A DNA stretch of 64,000 nt from Polyangiales bacterium (GTDB lineage Bacteria; Myxococcota_A; Polyangia; Polyangiales; Polyangiaceae), in contig JBBRNJ010000005.1 in assembly GCA_038230375.1 (NCBI GenBank), forward strand, positions 32,001 through 96,000, written 5' to 3'. A program made the position numbers and the translations under genes. Shown piece after piece: positions 28,680 through 39,164 of the stretch. Below the pieces are notes generated by a model that saw nothing but the letters and a program-made list of their open reading frames with translations, did no database searches and was not told the origin of the DNA. Position 1 is the first letter of the stretch; the number at the start of each line of letters is the position of its first letter.

Positions 28680-29131
28680 GGTGGGCGCCGGGGTATTGTG
28701 GGCTCGTCGTCGTGAGCGTCATCCTGGGCGCTGCATGTGCGGGGCAGCCGCCGCCGCCCACCGTGGAGCTCGTCGCGGAGCGCCCGGTCGTGGGCATCGA
28801 TGGCGGCGTGGACGGATCGAGCGGCGCGAGCGACGGAGGCACGTACACCGCGAACGCGTCCAGTCAGTTCGCGCTGGGCGAGGATGCCTTGAAGCAGAAC
28901 GATCTCGTCACCGCCGAGCGGCTCTTCCGCGACGTGAAGGAGCACTATCCGTACTCCCGGTACGCGGTCCTGGCGGAGGTCCGCTTCGGGGACATCGCCG
29001 TGTTGCGCGGCGACAACGCTTCGGCCGCGCGCATCTATCGCCAGTGGCTCCACGACCACCGCAGCGATCAGGAGCTGATGAGGGAAGTGCGCGTGAAGCT
29101 CGACGACGCCGCAAAGCCGCCGGCGCGGTGA
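28676..29131 (+). CDS. BamD/YfiO-like TPR lipoprotein (short)
   Basis: Lipobox [28 protein letters not shown]...[12 protein letters not shown] overlap with the upstream stop. Confidence 0.65.
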   Translation: MRWAPGYCGLVVVSVILGAACAGQPPPPTVELVAERPVVGIDGGVDGSSGASDGGTYTANASSQFALGEDALKQNDLVTAERLFRDVKEHYPYSRYAVLAEVRFGDIAVLRGDNASAARIYRQWLHDHRSDQELMREVRVKLDDAAKPPAR

Positions 29132-29186
29132 AAGTTCGGCTCCTCGGCCCTCGACGAACACGCATCTCATCGTGTTACCGTGGGCC

Positions 29187-31199
29187 ATGGCACAAGCGCG
29201 GGCAGCCGGGGCGGGATGGGTCTCCAGTGTGACGTGGCGGACGCTGCGGGTCGCGCTGACTATGATGTCGCTCGCGACGCTCGGCGCGTGTGGTGGTGCG
29301 CCGCCACCGCCCCCGAAGGTCGTCACCGTGACGCCAGCTCCACCGCCTGCACCCACGCCGGATTCGCCGCCCGCCGTGTCCGCCACGCGACCCGCGAACG
29401 TGGTCGCGTGGGTGCACCTGGACAATCTCAAGGCGTGGATGCTCTTCGTGGGCCTGAACCAGGACAAGGCCCCGGATGAGGATCTCATGAAGGGCGTGTA
29501 CAAGGGCCTCGAGATAGTCGACATCTCGCGCCCCTTCGACGCAGCCGCCACCATGATCTCCGAGGACGACTTCGAGCTCGCGGTCACCATTCCGATCAAG
29601 GACAAGCAGAAGTTCCTGGACGAGGTCGCGAAGAACGCAGAGGTGACGGAGCGCAAGTCGCGCTACGTGATCACCGACAAGAAGAAGGAGCCGCCCAAGG
29701 ACGACGGCGCCGGCACCACGCCCGCGCCTCCGCCCGAGCCCAAGGAGCCCAAGAAGAAGGGCCCGATGGACAACAAGGTCATCGCGTGTGACTTCATCGC
29801 CTCCCCGCCGACCGCGGTGTGCGGCACCGACGCGGGCCTCACGCAGATGGGGCCGTGGCTGCGCTCGCAGCCCAAACCAAAGCGCGGCGACCTTGCGATC
29901 GAGATCTACGCAGCGCCCATGCGCACGATGATGCTCGCCGCGATCAAGAAGACGCAGGACGCAAGCACTCCGAGCGTTGCCGATCCGCAGGCCGATGCCG
30001 AGACGCAGCGCAAGAAGGCCGAGGACGACCTCAAGGCCGCGACCAACATGAACGACCTGATCCGCGAGCTGGATGGCGTCCGCATGTCCGCCGCGCTCAA
30101 GGGCTCGGAGCTCGAGCTGGACTTCGCCACGTCGTTCCAGGGTGTGGAGTCCGGGTGGGTGAAGCCGCTGTTCGCTCGGCCCTCTGGCGTGGGGCGGCCC
30201 GACCTGCTCTTCAAGCTCACGGAGAACGCGAGCGCCGCCTTCTACTCGCAGGGCGCAGGCCCCATCCCCGATCTCCTGGGCTCGTACGACCCGTGGACGG
30301 ATCTCACCGGCTCCGAACACGACAAGGCCGTCGCGTGGAACGAGGAGATCAAGAAGCTGCTCAACGCGCCCTACGGCGTGGCCTACGGCATCGATCTCTC
30401 GCGCGTGTCCGCGGCGCTCGCCGAGCTGAAGAAGGCGAAGGAGCCCGACAAGGCGAAGAAGGCGCTCGCGGCGGCCGTCGATGGGTACGTGCTCGGCGCG
30501 GTGTCCGTGGACGTGGTCACACTGCAGCGCCTTGCGCGCGAAGGCGTTCGCCTGGGTGAGCTCGCAAAGAAGGCGTCCGCCGCGCAGAACCCGGCGTCGG
30601 TGAGCGCGGACAAGTCGCTCACCACATTTCGTCCGGCGCCCGCTGGGCTGGCCCTGCCGAAGGGCAGCTTCTTCGTGGACGACACGAAGACGGTGGCAGG
30701 CAAGACACCCAAGGCACCTTCCAAGAAGGAGGTGAAGACCTCCGGTCTCTGCTTCGCCGACGGCGCGACCACGTTCATGCTCTTCGGTCTCGCCGACGAG
30801 CGGACGTACGCCGCGACCGCGAAGGAGATCCTCACGCGCAAGACCACGCCTCGCGCGCTCGATCCGCTCCTCACGCAGAAGGGCATCATCCTGGGCGGCC
30901 AGATCACGTCGCTCATCGGCGCGTTTGGTTCGCACGAGCTCTTGCTCAAGGACCCGGGCAAGCTCGACAAGGTGTCTCGCGACAAGCTCGTTCTCGACCT
31001 CGAGGGCGATCTCGCCGCGCCCAAGCTCCCCATCCCGTTCGCGCTGTCCGCCAATCGCGAGGGCGCCGGTGGCGTGCTCGCATTCGACGTGAAGGGAGAC
31101 AAGGCCGCGTTCGCGACGATCTTCTCGCACGCGCTGGAAGGCATGGGCGCGCTGCTCATGCTGCCCCTCCTGATGGCCATGATGGCCGCAACGCCATAG
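29187..31199 (+). CDS. Hypothetical lipoprotein (start uncertain)
   Basis: LATLGAC lipobox, Pro-rich linker, strong GC3 bias. Confidence 0.7.
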   Translation: MAQARAAGAGWVSSVTWRTLRVALTMMSLATLGACGGAPPPPPKVVTVTPAPPPAPTPDSPPAVSATRPANVVAWVHLDNLKAWMLFVGLNQDKAPDEDLMKGVYKGLEIVDISRPFDAAATMISEDDFELAVTIPIKDKQKFLDEVAKNAEVTERKSRYVITDKKKEPPKDDGAGTTPAPPPEPKEPKKKGPMDNKVIACDFIASPPTAVCGTDAGLTQMGPWLRSQPKPKRGDLAIEIYAAPMRTMMLAAIKKTQDASTPSVADPQADAETQRKKAEDDLKAATNMNDLIRELDGVRMSAALKGSELELDFATSFQGVESGWVKPLFARPSGVGRPDLLFKLTENASAAFYSQGAGPIPDLLGSYDPWTDLTGSEHDKAVAWNEEIKKLLNAPYGVAYGIDLSRVSAALAELKKAKEPDKAKKALAAAVDGYVLGAVSVDVVTLQRLAREGVRLGELAKKASAAQNPASVSADKSLTTFRPAPAGLALPKGSFFVDDTKTVAGKTPKAPSKKEVKTSGLCFADGATTFMLFGLADERTYAATAKEILTRKTTPRALDPLLTQKGIILGGQITSLIGAFGSHELLLKDPGKLDKVSRDKLVLDLEGDLAAPKLPIPFALSANREGAGGVLAFDVKGDKAAFATIFSHALEGMGALLMLPLLMAMMAATP

Positions 31200-31208
31200 C
31201 CGCAACCC

Positions 31209-32540
31209 GTGCGCCACCGGCCTGCATTCATCTTCGTCGCGCTGCTTGGCCTTGCCGCGTGCAAGGATCCGCCCAGCGCGGGCGACAAGCCGGTGACGAA
31301 GCCGCGCCTCGACGCCGCCGCGCGCTCGTCAGCGTCCGCTGCGTGGGAGGACACCATCGGCCCCATCCCCGGCAGCGAGGCGGACGCCGCACCGCCTCTC
31401 GCCTCCGCCAGCTCCGCCGCTCCGGCCGATGCCGGACCTTCCTTTCTCGATTCGCTCGACGCTGGCGCGGGCGCATGCCGTCGCGTGCGCGGGCCCGAGA
31501 AGATGCAGTTCGTCGGACCCGCGAAGCTCGACGTGATCGGACAGGAGCTCCGCCTTGTCACGAACGACCTCGGCCGCCCCAAGGTCGTGAAGATCCCGAT
31601 CGGTCCCGTGCCTCCCGCTTCTGCGCCCAACCCCGACCTGCCGCGGCCCGCGTCCACGTACGGCACCACGTGGCCGCCGTGCGCCGTCGCCGGATCAGTT
31701 GCATTCTGCACGGGTCGCAACGGCAGCATCACCCGCACCGACCTTGCGACCACGCCGCCGTCGCCGAAGGAGATCGCGAAGGGTCGTCCCTCCACCCGCA
31801 TCTCCGCGGCGCAGCTCGGCACGCACACCGTCGCCGCCTACCTGGACGAGAAGCAGACCTCCGAAGGGCGCACGGTGCAGGCGTGGCTCATCCTCAGTGA
31901 TGGAGATCATGATGGCGACCCCGTGCGTCTCTCGGACGACGGCAGCGGCGCCACGTTCGTCGAGCTGGCCTCGCGAGGCAGCTCTGTGATTGCCATGTAC
32001 CTGGATGCTCGCTCTGCCATGGTGCCCATCCACGAACGCATGATCACCCTGAAAAATGGGGCGATCGAGCTCTCCAAGGACCACGTCGTCGCTGTCGGCG
32101 GCGCGCCGGAGCGCGGCATCGCTGGTGATATCGCGACCTCGCCGAAGCAAATGTTCTTCCTCATCCCCATGCCGCCGGACGCGCTCACGTTCGGCATGGC
32201 GACCATCAAGCTCTCGGACCCGCCGAAAGACGATGAGAAGATGAGCTTCTCGATGTACCCCAACGGGCTCGACCCGGCGCCGCTCGTCGCCACCGTTGGA
32301 CAGGCACCCATCCGCGTCGCCAGGGTTCGCCCCCTGGACAAGGCGCCCACCGCTCCGCGCGGGCTGGAGCTCGGCACGCTGGGCGATGACGGCGCTTTCA
32401 CGGGCCTCGGCATCATCACGGCCGTGCCGAGCAAACAGGCGATCACGGATCTCGACATTGTCGTGGACGGCGCCGGCGCCATCTGGCTCCTCTACGGCGA
32501 CGCCAAGGACACCTGGCTCGAACGCCGCGTCTGCCCGTAG
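31209..32540 (+). CDS. Hypothetical lipoprotein (beta-rich)
   Basis: LGLAAC lipobox and DAG-rich linker. Confidence 0.7.
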   Translation: MRHRPAFIFVALLGLAACKDPPSAGDKPVTKPRLDAAARSSASAAWEDTIGPIPGSEADAAPPLASASSAAPADAGPSFLDSLDAGAGACRRVRGPEKMQFVGPAKLDVIGQELRLVTNDLGRPKVVKIPIGPVPPASAPNPDLPRPASTYGTTWPPCAVAGSVAFCTGRNGSITRTDLATTPPSPKEIAKGRPSTRISAAQLGTHTVAAYLDEKQTSEGRTVQAWLILSDGDHDGDPVRLSDDGSGATFVELASRGSSVIAMYLDARSAMVPIHERMITLKNGAIELSKDHVVAVGGAPERGIAGDIATSPKQMFFLIPMPPDALTFGMATIKLSDPPKDDEKMSFSMYPNGLDPAPLVATVGQAPIRVARVRPLDKAPTAPRGLELGTLGDDGAFTGLGIITAVPSKQAITDLDIVVDGAGAIWLLYGDAKDTWLERRVCP

Positions 32541-32581
32541 AAGTCTGGCGAGCGGGCGCAGCGGGTAGTAGGCTTCGAGCC

Positions 32582-33829
32582 ATGCTCAAGAAGATTGCTT
32601 GCATTGCTTTGTTCGCGGTCGTCCCCGCCATCTCCGTGGCCGCGTGCTCCAGCTCGTCGAGCGGCCCCGGCGTGGCAGATGACGCTGGCTCCGACGCGCT
32701 CGCCACGGTCGACGCCGGCGGAAATACCGACGCCTCCCCTGTCGACGCAGGCCTGCAGCCGCTCAACTGGGGATGGATGAACATCCCGGGCGCGAAGTGC
32801 CGCGACGGCTCCGATACCGGCATCGGCATCAACCTGAACCCCGCCTCCACGAAGGTCATGATCTTCCTCGAGGGCGGCGGCGCGTGCTTCAACAGCACCA
32901 CGTGCAATGGCAACCCGTTCAAGTACGCGGAGACCGATTTCGTCGCCGGGTTGAAGGCCGCCGGCGCGTCGGGCTTCAATGGCTCGTTCGACAAGGACAA
33001 GACGAACGGCATCATGAGCCGCGGCGACATGAACAATCCGGTCAAGGACTGGAACATGATCTACGTCCCGTACTGCACCGGTGACATCCACGGCGGCGTG
33101 AACCCCGCGGGCATGGTGACGGGCGTCACCGGGGTTCAGCAGTTCGTGGGCCGCAAGAACATCGATCTCGATCTCGCGGCCATCAAGGCGCTGCTCCCGA
33201 GCACGTCAGAGGTGCTCCTCACCGGTATGAGTGGCGGCGGCTTCGGCACCGTCATGAGCTACGATCAGGTCGCCACGTTCTGGGGCGCCATCCCGGTCAC
33301 CATGATCGACGACTCGGGCCCGCCCATGCCGGCGCCCACGCTCGCGCCATGCCTCCAGTCGCAGCTCGTCAGCATCTGGGGCCTCGACAAGGGCGTCCTT
33401 GCCGACTGCGGTGCTGACTGCGTTGGCGATGGCGGCATCGACACCGGTAACTTTGGCATCAACGTGATGAAGCACCTGGGCAAGAAGTATCCGACCCGAA
33501 AGTTCGGCCTCATCGAGTCCACGGGTGACGTGACCATCACGTCGTTCTTCGGCTTCGGCAACAACGGCGCGTGCGGCGGCGGCTTCAACCCCGTGCTCGA
33601 GACGGACTTCGTGGATGGCCTCCTCGCGCTCCGCACGCAGATGGCCTTCGACCCGAACTTCGGCACGTTCTACTTCGGCGGCACGGACCACCAGGCGCAC
33701 ACGTCGTACGAAGGTCAGCTCGACGAGCGCATGAGCACCGACGCGCTCGACGGCGGCGTGGGCCCCACGGCCCTGTACGACTGGACCGCGAAGATGCTCG
33801 CTGGCACCGTCACCAACGTCGGTCCGTGA
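32582..33829 (+). CDS. Pectinacetylesterase/Notum-family hydrolase lipoprotein
   Basis: CRDGSDTG, FLEGGGAC, YVPYCTGDIH, GMSGGGFG nucleophile elbow, IDDSGP. Confidence 0.88.
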   Translation: MLKKIACIALFAVVPAISVAACSSSSSGPGVADDAGSDALATVDAGGNTDASPVDAGLQPLNWGWMNIPGAKCRDGSDTGIGINLNPASTKVMIFLEGGGACFNSTTCNGNPFKYAETDFVAGLKAAGASGFNGSFDKDKTNGIMSRGDMNNPVKDWNMIYVPYCTGDIHGGVNPAGMVTGVTGVQQFVGRKNIDLDLAAIKALLPSTSEVLLTGMSGGGFGTVMSYDQVATFWGAIPVTMIDDSGPPMPAPTLAPCLQSQLVSIWGLDKGVLADCGADCVGDGGIDTGNFGINVMKHLGKKYPTRKFGLIESTGDVTITSFFGFGNNGACGGGFNPVLETDFVDGLLALRTQMAFDPNFGTFYFGGTDHQAHTSYEGQLDERMSTDALDGGVGPTALYDWTAKMLAGTVTNVGP

Positions 33830-34563
33830 GCCCGACGCAAGACACGAAGGACACCCGCGCCTACTACGACGAGTTCTCCAGGTCCTACGAGGCGCACAGG
33901 CGCCCGAACGATCCGCACGGCTATCACGCGCTGATCGACGACCTGGAGCTCGACCTCGTCGAGAAGCTCGGGCGCGGCAAGGACGTGCTCGAGTGCGGGT
34001 GCGGCACGGGGCTCCTGCTCGATCGCATCGCGCGCTTCGCGAAGACCGCGAAGGGCGTGGACCTGTCCCCCGGCATGCTGGAGAAGGCAACGGAGCGTGG
34101 CCTCTGCGTGAAAGAGGGAAGCATCACAGCGCTCCCCTACGACGACGAGTCCTTCGACGTGGCGTGCTCCTTCAAGGTGCTCGCCCATGTGCCCGATCTG
34201 GGCCTCGCGCTCTCCGAGATGGCGCGCGTAACCCGTCCCGGTGGCGTGGTCATCGCCGAGCTGTACAACGCGCTGAGCCTCCGCGCGCTGCTGAAGCGCT
34301 TCGGCCCCAGCGGCGCCATCTCCAGCCGCACCAAAGAAAGTGCAGTTTACACGCGATTCGATCCGCCCTGGATTTTGCCGCGGATCCTGCCGCCCGGCAC
34401 GCGGCTCGAGAAGACCCGCGGAGTCCGCATCGTGACGCCGGGTGCCTTCGCCATGCGCAACGTGGTGGGTCAAAAGGTGTTCCGCGCAGCCGAGTTCATG
34501 CTCGCGGACACGCCCGCGCGCTACTTCGGCGGCTTCTACGTCGCCGTCATCCGCAAAGATTGA
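33826..34563 (+). CDS. Class I SAM-dependent methyltransferase
   Basis: VLECGCGTG, GVDLSPGML, LPYDDESFD, EMARVTRPGG; GTGA coupling. Confidence 0.88.
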   Translation: MSPTQDTKDTRAYYDEFSRSYEAHRRPNDPHGYHALIDDLELDLVEKLGRGKDVLECGCGTGLLLDRIARFAKTAKGVDLSPGMLEKATERGLCVKEGSITALPYDDESFDVACSFKVLAHVPDLGLALSEMARVTRPGGVVIAELYNALSLRALLKRFGPSGAISSRTKESAVYTRFDPPWILPRILPPGTRLEKTRGVRIVTPGAFAMRNVVGQKVFRAAEFMLADTPARYFGGFYVAVIRKD

Positions 34564-34579
34564 CCGGGTAAAAGGGGCG

Positions 34580-34607
34580 TTGACGGGGGCGGGCGCGCCA
34601 CTAGAGT
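34580..34607 (+). promoter_or_regulatory. Sigma70-like promoter (TTGACG-N16-TAGAGT), probably leaderless
   Basis: The -10 box ends 7 nt before ATG 34615. Confidence 0.5.
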
Positions 34608-34614
34608 GCCCGTC

Positions 34615-35856
34615 ATGTCGAAGCCTCTCCTTGGTCTCAGCGTCATTCTCGTCACGGGCGCGGTGTTCGTTGCTTGCTCGAGCACGAGCACCACCAACAA
34701 CGTCGCTGCCGAGACCGATGGTGGCGGTGACGGCGACACGCCGATGTGGGACGGCGGCGAACCCGACGCGGCTTCCGCGGATGCTGGCTTTCCGGCAAAC
34801 ACGTGGACGTGGATCGACGTGCCCGGCGCGAAGTGCCGCGACGGCTCCTCCACCGGCATCGGCGTGAACCTGAGCCCCGGCTCCACCAAGACCGTCATGT
34901 TCCTCGAGGGCGGCGGCGCATGCTTCAACTCCGCCACCTGCGGCCAGAACCCGTCCAAGTTCAGCGGCGCGGACTTCAAGGCGTACGTGGGGATGGGCGG
35001 GCCCGCCGGCTCCGGGGGCGGCAAGTCGGGGACGTCGTTCGGCATCCTGGCGCGGGCGGACATGAAGAACCCGGTCAAGGACTGGAACATGATCTACGTC
35101 CCGTACTGCACGGGTGACATCCACGGCGGCAACAACCTCGCGGGCATGGTCGCGGGCGTCAGCGGCACGCAGCAGTTCGTCGGTCGCAACAACGTGAAGC
35201 TCGCGCTCGAGCAGACCAAGACGCTCGTCCCCAGCACCGACAAGGTGCTCCTCACGGGCGCCAGCGGCGGCGGCTTCGGCGCGCTCATGGCCTACGATCA
35301 GGTCGCCACGTTCTGGGGCTCGGTCCCGGTCACCATGATCGACGACTCGGGTCCGCCCATGGCCGATCCATTCCTGCCGTCGTGCATGCAGACGCTCGTC
35401 GCGAGTCTCTGGGGCCTCGACAAGAGCGTGCTGGCCGACTGCGGTCCGGATTGCCAGGGTGACGGCGGAGCGATCGACACTGCGCACTGGGGTATCAATG
35501 CGGTGAAGCACCTCGCAAAGAAGTACCCCGACCGCGTGCTCGGTCTGGTGGAGTCCACCGGCGACCTCACCATCTCGTCGTTCTTCGGCTTCGGCGCGTC
35601 GAACTGCACGGCGTTCCAGCCCGTGCTCGAGCCGGACTTCACGAGCGGCCTGCTCGACATCCGGGCCCAGCTCGCGTTCGACAAGAACTTCGGCACGTTC
35701 TATTTCGGCGGCGCGGACCACCAGGCGCACACGTCGTACGAGAACGCGCTCGACACACGGATGAGCACGGACGCGATGGATGGCGGCGCCCCGATCTCGC
35801 TCGCGGATTGGACCACGCAGATGGTGAACGGCACCGTCACCAACGTTGGGCCCTGA
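34615..35856 (+). CDS. Pectinacetylesterase/Notum-family hydrolase lipoprotein (paralog of 32582..33829)
   Basis: CRDGSSTG, FLEGGGAC, YVPYCTGDIH, GASGGGFG; long identical peptide blocks shared with the upstream copy. Confidence 0.88.
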   Translation: MSKPLLGLSVILVTGAVFVACSSTSTTNNVAAETDGGGDGDTPMWDGGEPDAASADAGFPANTWTWIDVPGAKCRDGSSTGIGVNLSPGSTKTVMFLEGGGACFNSATCGQNPSKFSGADFKAYVGMGGPAGSGGGKSGTSFGILARADMKNPVKDWNMIYVPYCTGDIHGGNNLAGMVAGVSGTQQFVGRNNVKLALEQTKTLVPSTDKVLLTGASGGGFGALMAYDQVATFWGSVPVTMIDDSGPPMADPFLPSCMQTLVASLWGLDKSVLADCGPDCQGDGGAIDTAHWGINAVKHLAKKYPDRVLGLVESTGDLTISSFFGFGASNCTAFQPVLEPDFTSGLLDIRAQLAFDKNFGTFYFGGADHQAHTSYENALDTRMSTDAMDGGAPISLADWTTQMVNGTVTNVGP

Positions 35857-35896
35857 AAAGGCCTTTTCCGCCCCACGAACGTCTATACTGTCCGTG

Positions 35897-38800
35897 ATGC
35901 GTGCGTTCATCCGGGTCTCGAAGTTTGCTCTGTTGTTCGGCGCGTTCGCGCTTGCTGCGTTCCTTGCACTGCGCCTTCGGGGTGGTGGTTTGTGGGATGG
36001 GCTCGCGCCGGCGCAGGCCTCCAACGGCAGCACGTCGCACACGCCAGCGAACTACGACCTCACGCAGCTGCGCGTCGTCAACGAGGTCCTGAAGACCATC
36101 CGCGATCGCTATGTCGATCCGAAGCGCGTGAAGCCGAAGGACATGCTCTTGTCGGCGCTCAACTTCGTGCAGCGCGACGTGGCGCAGGTCATCGTGTTGC
36201 ACGAGGAAAACCAGCCCACCGTGAAGATCCGCGTGGACACGCAGGAGCGCGAGTTCCGCGTGGACAACGTGCTCGGCCCTTGGGACGTGTCCGCGCGCCT
36301 CCGTGAGATCTTCGCGTTCGTGCAGGAGAACCTGCGCGGCACAGAGGTGGACCTCCGCGAGGTCGAGTACGCGGCCTGCAACGGCATGCTCCACACGCTC
36401 GACCCGCACAGCGTGCTGCTGTCGCCGGAGGCCTACAAGGAAATGAACCTGTCGACGAGCGGCCAGTTCGGCGGCCTCGGCATTGTCATCTCCATTCGCG
36501 ATCAGGAGCTCACGGTCATCAACCCCATGCCGAACACGCCGGCGGGGCGCGCGGGCATCCTCAAGTACGACCGCATCGTGAAGATCAACAACGAGGCCAC
36601 GCTGAACATGGGCCTCAACGAGGCCGTGAACCACCTGCGCGGCGCGCCCAACACCAAGGTCACGGTCTGGATTCGCCGCGACGGCCAGAGCGGCTGGAAG
36701 GAGCCGCGCCCGTTCGAGCTCCAGCGCGAGACCATCAAGGTGCAGAGCGTCGATCACAAGCTGCTCGACGGGAACATCGGCTACGTGCGCCTGAAGCAGT
36801 TCCAGGCGAACACGTCCGCGGATCTCGACGCGGCGCTCGCGGACATGAAGAAGAGCGGTGAGCTCAAGGGCCTCGTGCTCGATCTGCGCGGCAACCCCGG
36901 CGGTCTGCTCGACCAGGCAGCGCGTGTCGCGGACAAGTTCATCGCAACCGGTCCCATCGTCGCCACTGTCGGCAATCCCACGGAGGAGCGCGAGGAGAAG
37001 GTCGCCCATCCGGACGGCACAGAGCCGAACTACCCGATCGCGCTGCTCATCAACGGCTCCTCTGCGAGCGCGAGCGAGATCGTCGCAGGCGCACTGAAGA
37101 ACCACGATCGCGCCGTGCTCATCGGCGAGACGTCGTTCGGCAAGGGCTCCGTGCAGCTGGTCTTCACGGACCTGCCCGACAAGGCCGCGCTGAAGCTCAC
37201 CATCGCGCAGTACCTCACCGAGCCGGGCGATATCTCCATCCAGGGCACGGGCGTCACGCCGGACATCGCGCTGGACCCGATGACCGCGGACCTGAAGGAG
37301 ATGGACCTCACGGTGGACAGCGGCATGGTGAAGGAGCGCGATCTGGCGCGCACGCTGTCGAACACCGCGCACATCCGCGAGGGTCAGAAGCCCACGGAGT
37401 CGCTCCGCTACGAGCTCTCGGATTCGCTCCGTCGTGAGCTGCGTGAGCGCGGCGGCGACCCGGACGAGGTGCTCGGACCGGACTTCCCGAACAAGGATTT
37501 CCCCGTGAAATTCGCGCACGATTTCGTCGCGAAGGTGCAGTCGGGCAAGCGCCCCGAGCAGGTCCGCGCCGCGAAGCAGCTCATCGCGGATACGCGCATG
37601 GCGGAGATCGCGAAGGTCGAGGCGGACCTCAAGGCGATCGGAATCGACTGGACGGACGCGCCCGCGGATGTGCCGCAGGCGGGCCTCTCCGACACCGCGC
37701 CCAACGTCGAGGTGAAGCTCGAGACCGACAACCCGCAGAACGAGGTCGTCGCAGGCGAGCAGATGACGCTGAAGCTCTCGCTCACGAACAAGGGCACTGT
37801 GCCGCTCTACCGCCTGAGCGCGGTGACGAAGAGCGACAACGGCATGTTCGACAACAAGGAGCTCATCATCGGCTCGCTCGAGCCCGGCAAGACCAAGACG
37901 GCCGCGGTGCCGCTCGGCTGGTGCGAGACGGAGGGCAAGAAGGCCGGCTCCACCGCGCAGTCGCCGAAGGACGCGCCACGCGTGTGCAAGACGCCCAAGG
38001 ACACGAACGCCCGCGTCGACGGCATCACTCTCAAGTTCGACGAGGCGCGCGGCCGCGTGCCCAAGGAGTCCAAGCTCCGCGTCACCGTGAAGTCGCTCGA
38101 GCGCCCGACGTTCGCGTACAGCTACCAGATCGTCGACAACCGCAAAGGCAACGGCGACGGTCGCGTGCAGAAGGGTGAGAACCTCACCATGTACGTGTCC
38201 GTGAAGAACATCGGCAAGGGCAAGAGCTTCGAGACGCAGGCCAACCTGCGAAACCTCTCTGGCGACGGCCTGCTCCTGCACGAGGGGCGCTACGATCTCT
38301 CCAACATGCAGCCCGGTGAGGTGCGGAAGGTGTTCTTCACCTTCGACGTGGAGCAGCAGCTCCAGGACACCGAGGCAAAGGTGGAGTTCTCCATCTCCGA
38401 CCGCGACCTCCGCGAGACGGTGACGGAGAAGGTTCGCATGCAGCTGACCACGCCCATCACAGTCACCGCGGCGACGGGAACGATGCACGCGAAAGCGGCG
38501 ACTGCGGATCTCTTCGAGGCACCGGAGTCAGGCGCGCGCGTCTTCGCGAAGCTTCCCCAGGCAAGCACCGTGAACGTGCTCGCACGCGCAGGGGAGTTCG
38601 TGAAGCTCTCACTCGGAGACAATCGCTTCGGGTTTGCTCGCGCGGCGGAGCTCGATCAAGGGGCTGGTAGCACGACCGAGGTTGCATTCGAGGATGCGAT
38701 GCAGCGCCTTCCCCCGTCGATAGACGTGCCCGCGCCGGTGCTGGCGACCCGCGACACACACCTGCTCCTGAAGGGAGCTGTCAGCGACGGTGATCGCCTG

Positions 38801-39049
38801 CTGGATGGCTACATCTTCGTCGGTTCGAAGAAGCTGTTCTACCGCTCGAACCGCAACGGCACCGACCCCAAGCGTATGATCCTGGACGCGGATTTGCCGC
38901 TTCGTCCAGGCGTGAACGTCGTCACTGTCGTCGCGCGCGAGACCACCGATACGGTCGGTCGGAAGACGTTCATCGTGCGCCGGGACGGTCCCGAGGGCGA
39001 GCTCCTGGCCACGCCCAAGACAGAAGAGGAAGACGGCGGCGACGACTGA
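35897..39049 (+). CDS. S41 (tail-specific/Prc-like) serine peptidase, MXAN_5808-type, with C-terminal extension
   Basis: LDPHS, GLGI (PDZ), DLRGNPGGLL, SASASEIVAGAL, GKGSVQ; long Ig/SH3-like C-terminus. Confidence 0.88.
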   Translation: MRAFIRVSKFALLFGAFALAAFLALRLRGGGLWDGLAPAQASNGSTSHTPANYDLTQLRVVNEVLKTIRDRYVDPKRVKPKDMLLSALNFVQRDVAQVIVLHEENQPTVKIRVDTQEREFRVDNVLGPWDVSARLREIFAFVQENLRGTEVDLREVEYAACNGMLHTLDPHSVLLSPEAYKEMNLSTSGQFGGLGIVISIRDQELTVINPMPNTPAGRAGILKYDRIVKINNEATLNMGLNEAVNHLRGAPNTKVTVWIRRDGQSGWKEPRPFELQRETIKVQSVDHKLLDGNIGYVRLKQFQANTSADLDAALADMKKSGELKGLVLDLRGNPGGLLDQAARVADKFIATGPIVATVGNPTEEREEKVAHPDGTEPNYPIALLINGSSASASEIVAGALKNHDRAVLIGETSFGKGSVQLVFTDLPDKAALKLTIAQYLTEPGDISIQGTGVTPDIALDPMTADLKEMDLTVDSGMVKERDLARTLSNTAHIREGQKPTESLRYELSDSLRRELRERGGDPDEVLGPDFPNKDFPVKFAHDFVAKVQSGKRPEQVRAAKQLIADTRMAEIAKVEADLKAIGIDWTDAPADVPQAGLSDTAPNVEVKLETDNPQNEVVAGEQMTLKLSLTNKGTVPLYRLSAVTKSDNGMFDNKELIIGSLEPGKTKTAAVPLGWCETEGKKAGSTAQSPKDAPRVCKTPKDTNARVDGITLKFDEARGRVPKESKLRVTVKSLERPTFAYSYQIVDNRKGNGDGRVQKGENLTMYVSVKNIGKGKSFETQANLRNLSGDGLLLHEGRYDLSNMQPGEVRKVFFTFDVEQQLQDTEAKVEFSISDRDLRETVTEKVRMQLTTPITVTAATGTMHAKAATADLFEAPESGARVFAKLPQASTVNVLARAGEFVKLSLGDNRFGFARAAELDQGAGSTTEVAFEDAMQRLPPSIDVPAPVLATRDTHLLLKGAVSDGDRLLDGYIFVGSKKLFYRSNRNGTDPKRMILDADLPLRPGVNVVTVVARETTDTVGRKTFIVRRDGPEGELLATPKTEEEDGGDD

Positions 39050-39164
39050 CGTCTCAACGCCCCGCCTGTAGGCGAGACGTGCACATCACCGCATCGAAAT
39101 CGGCCCATTCACGCCGTTTCGTTTGAAGGGTGCAGGTCGAGTGGTACTTTTGTACGTGGGGCAC

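Noticed and set aside
35837..38488. Very long antisense or alternative-frame ORFs (e.g. 35837..38488 minus, 33715..36042 minus, 29175..31217 minus, 26497..28245 plus)
   Set aside because: They are shadows of well-supported genes in high-GC DNA, rich in Arg/Ala/Gly/His, with no recognisable motifs.
39049..39080. Possible stem-loop after the S41 protease gene (acgtctc...gagacgt)
   Set aside because: No U-tract follows and the inner pairing is irregular, so it cannot be called a terminator.
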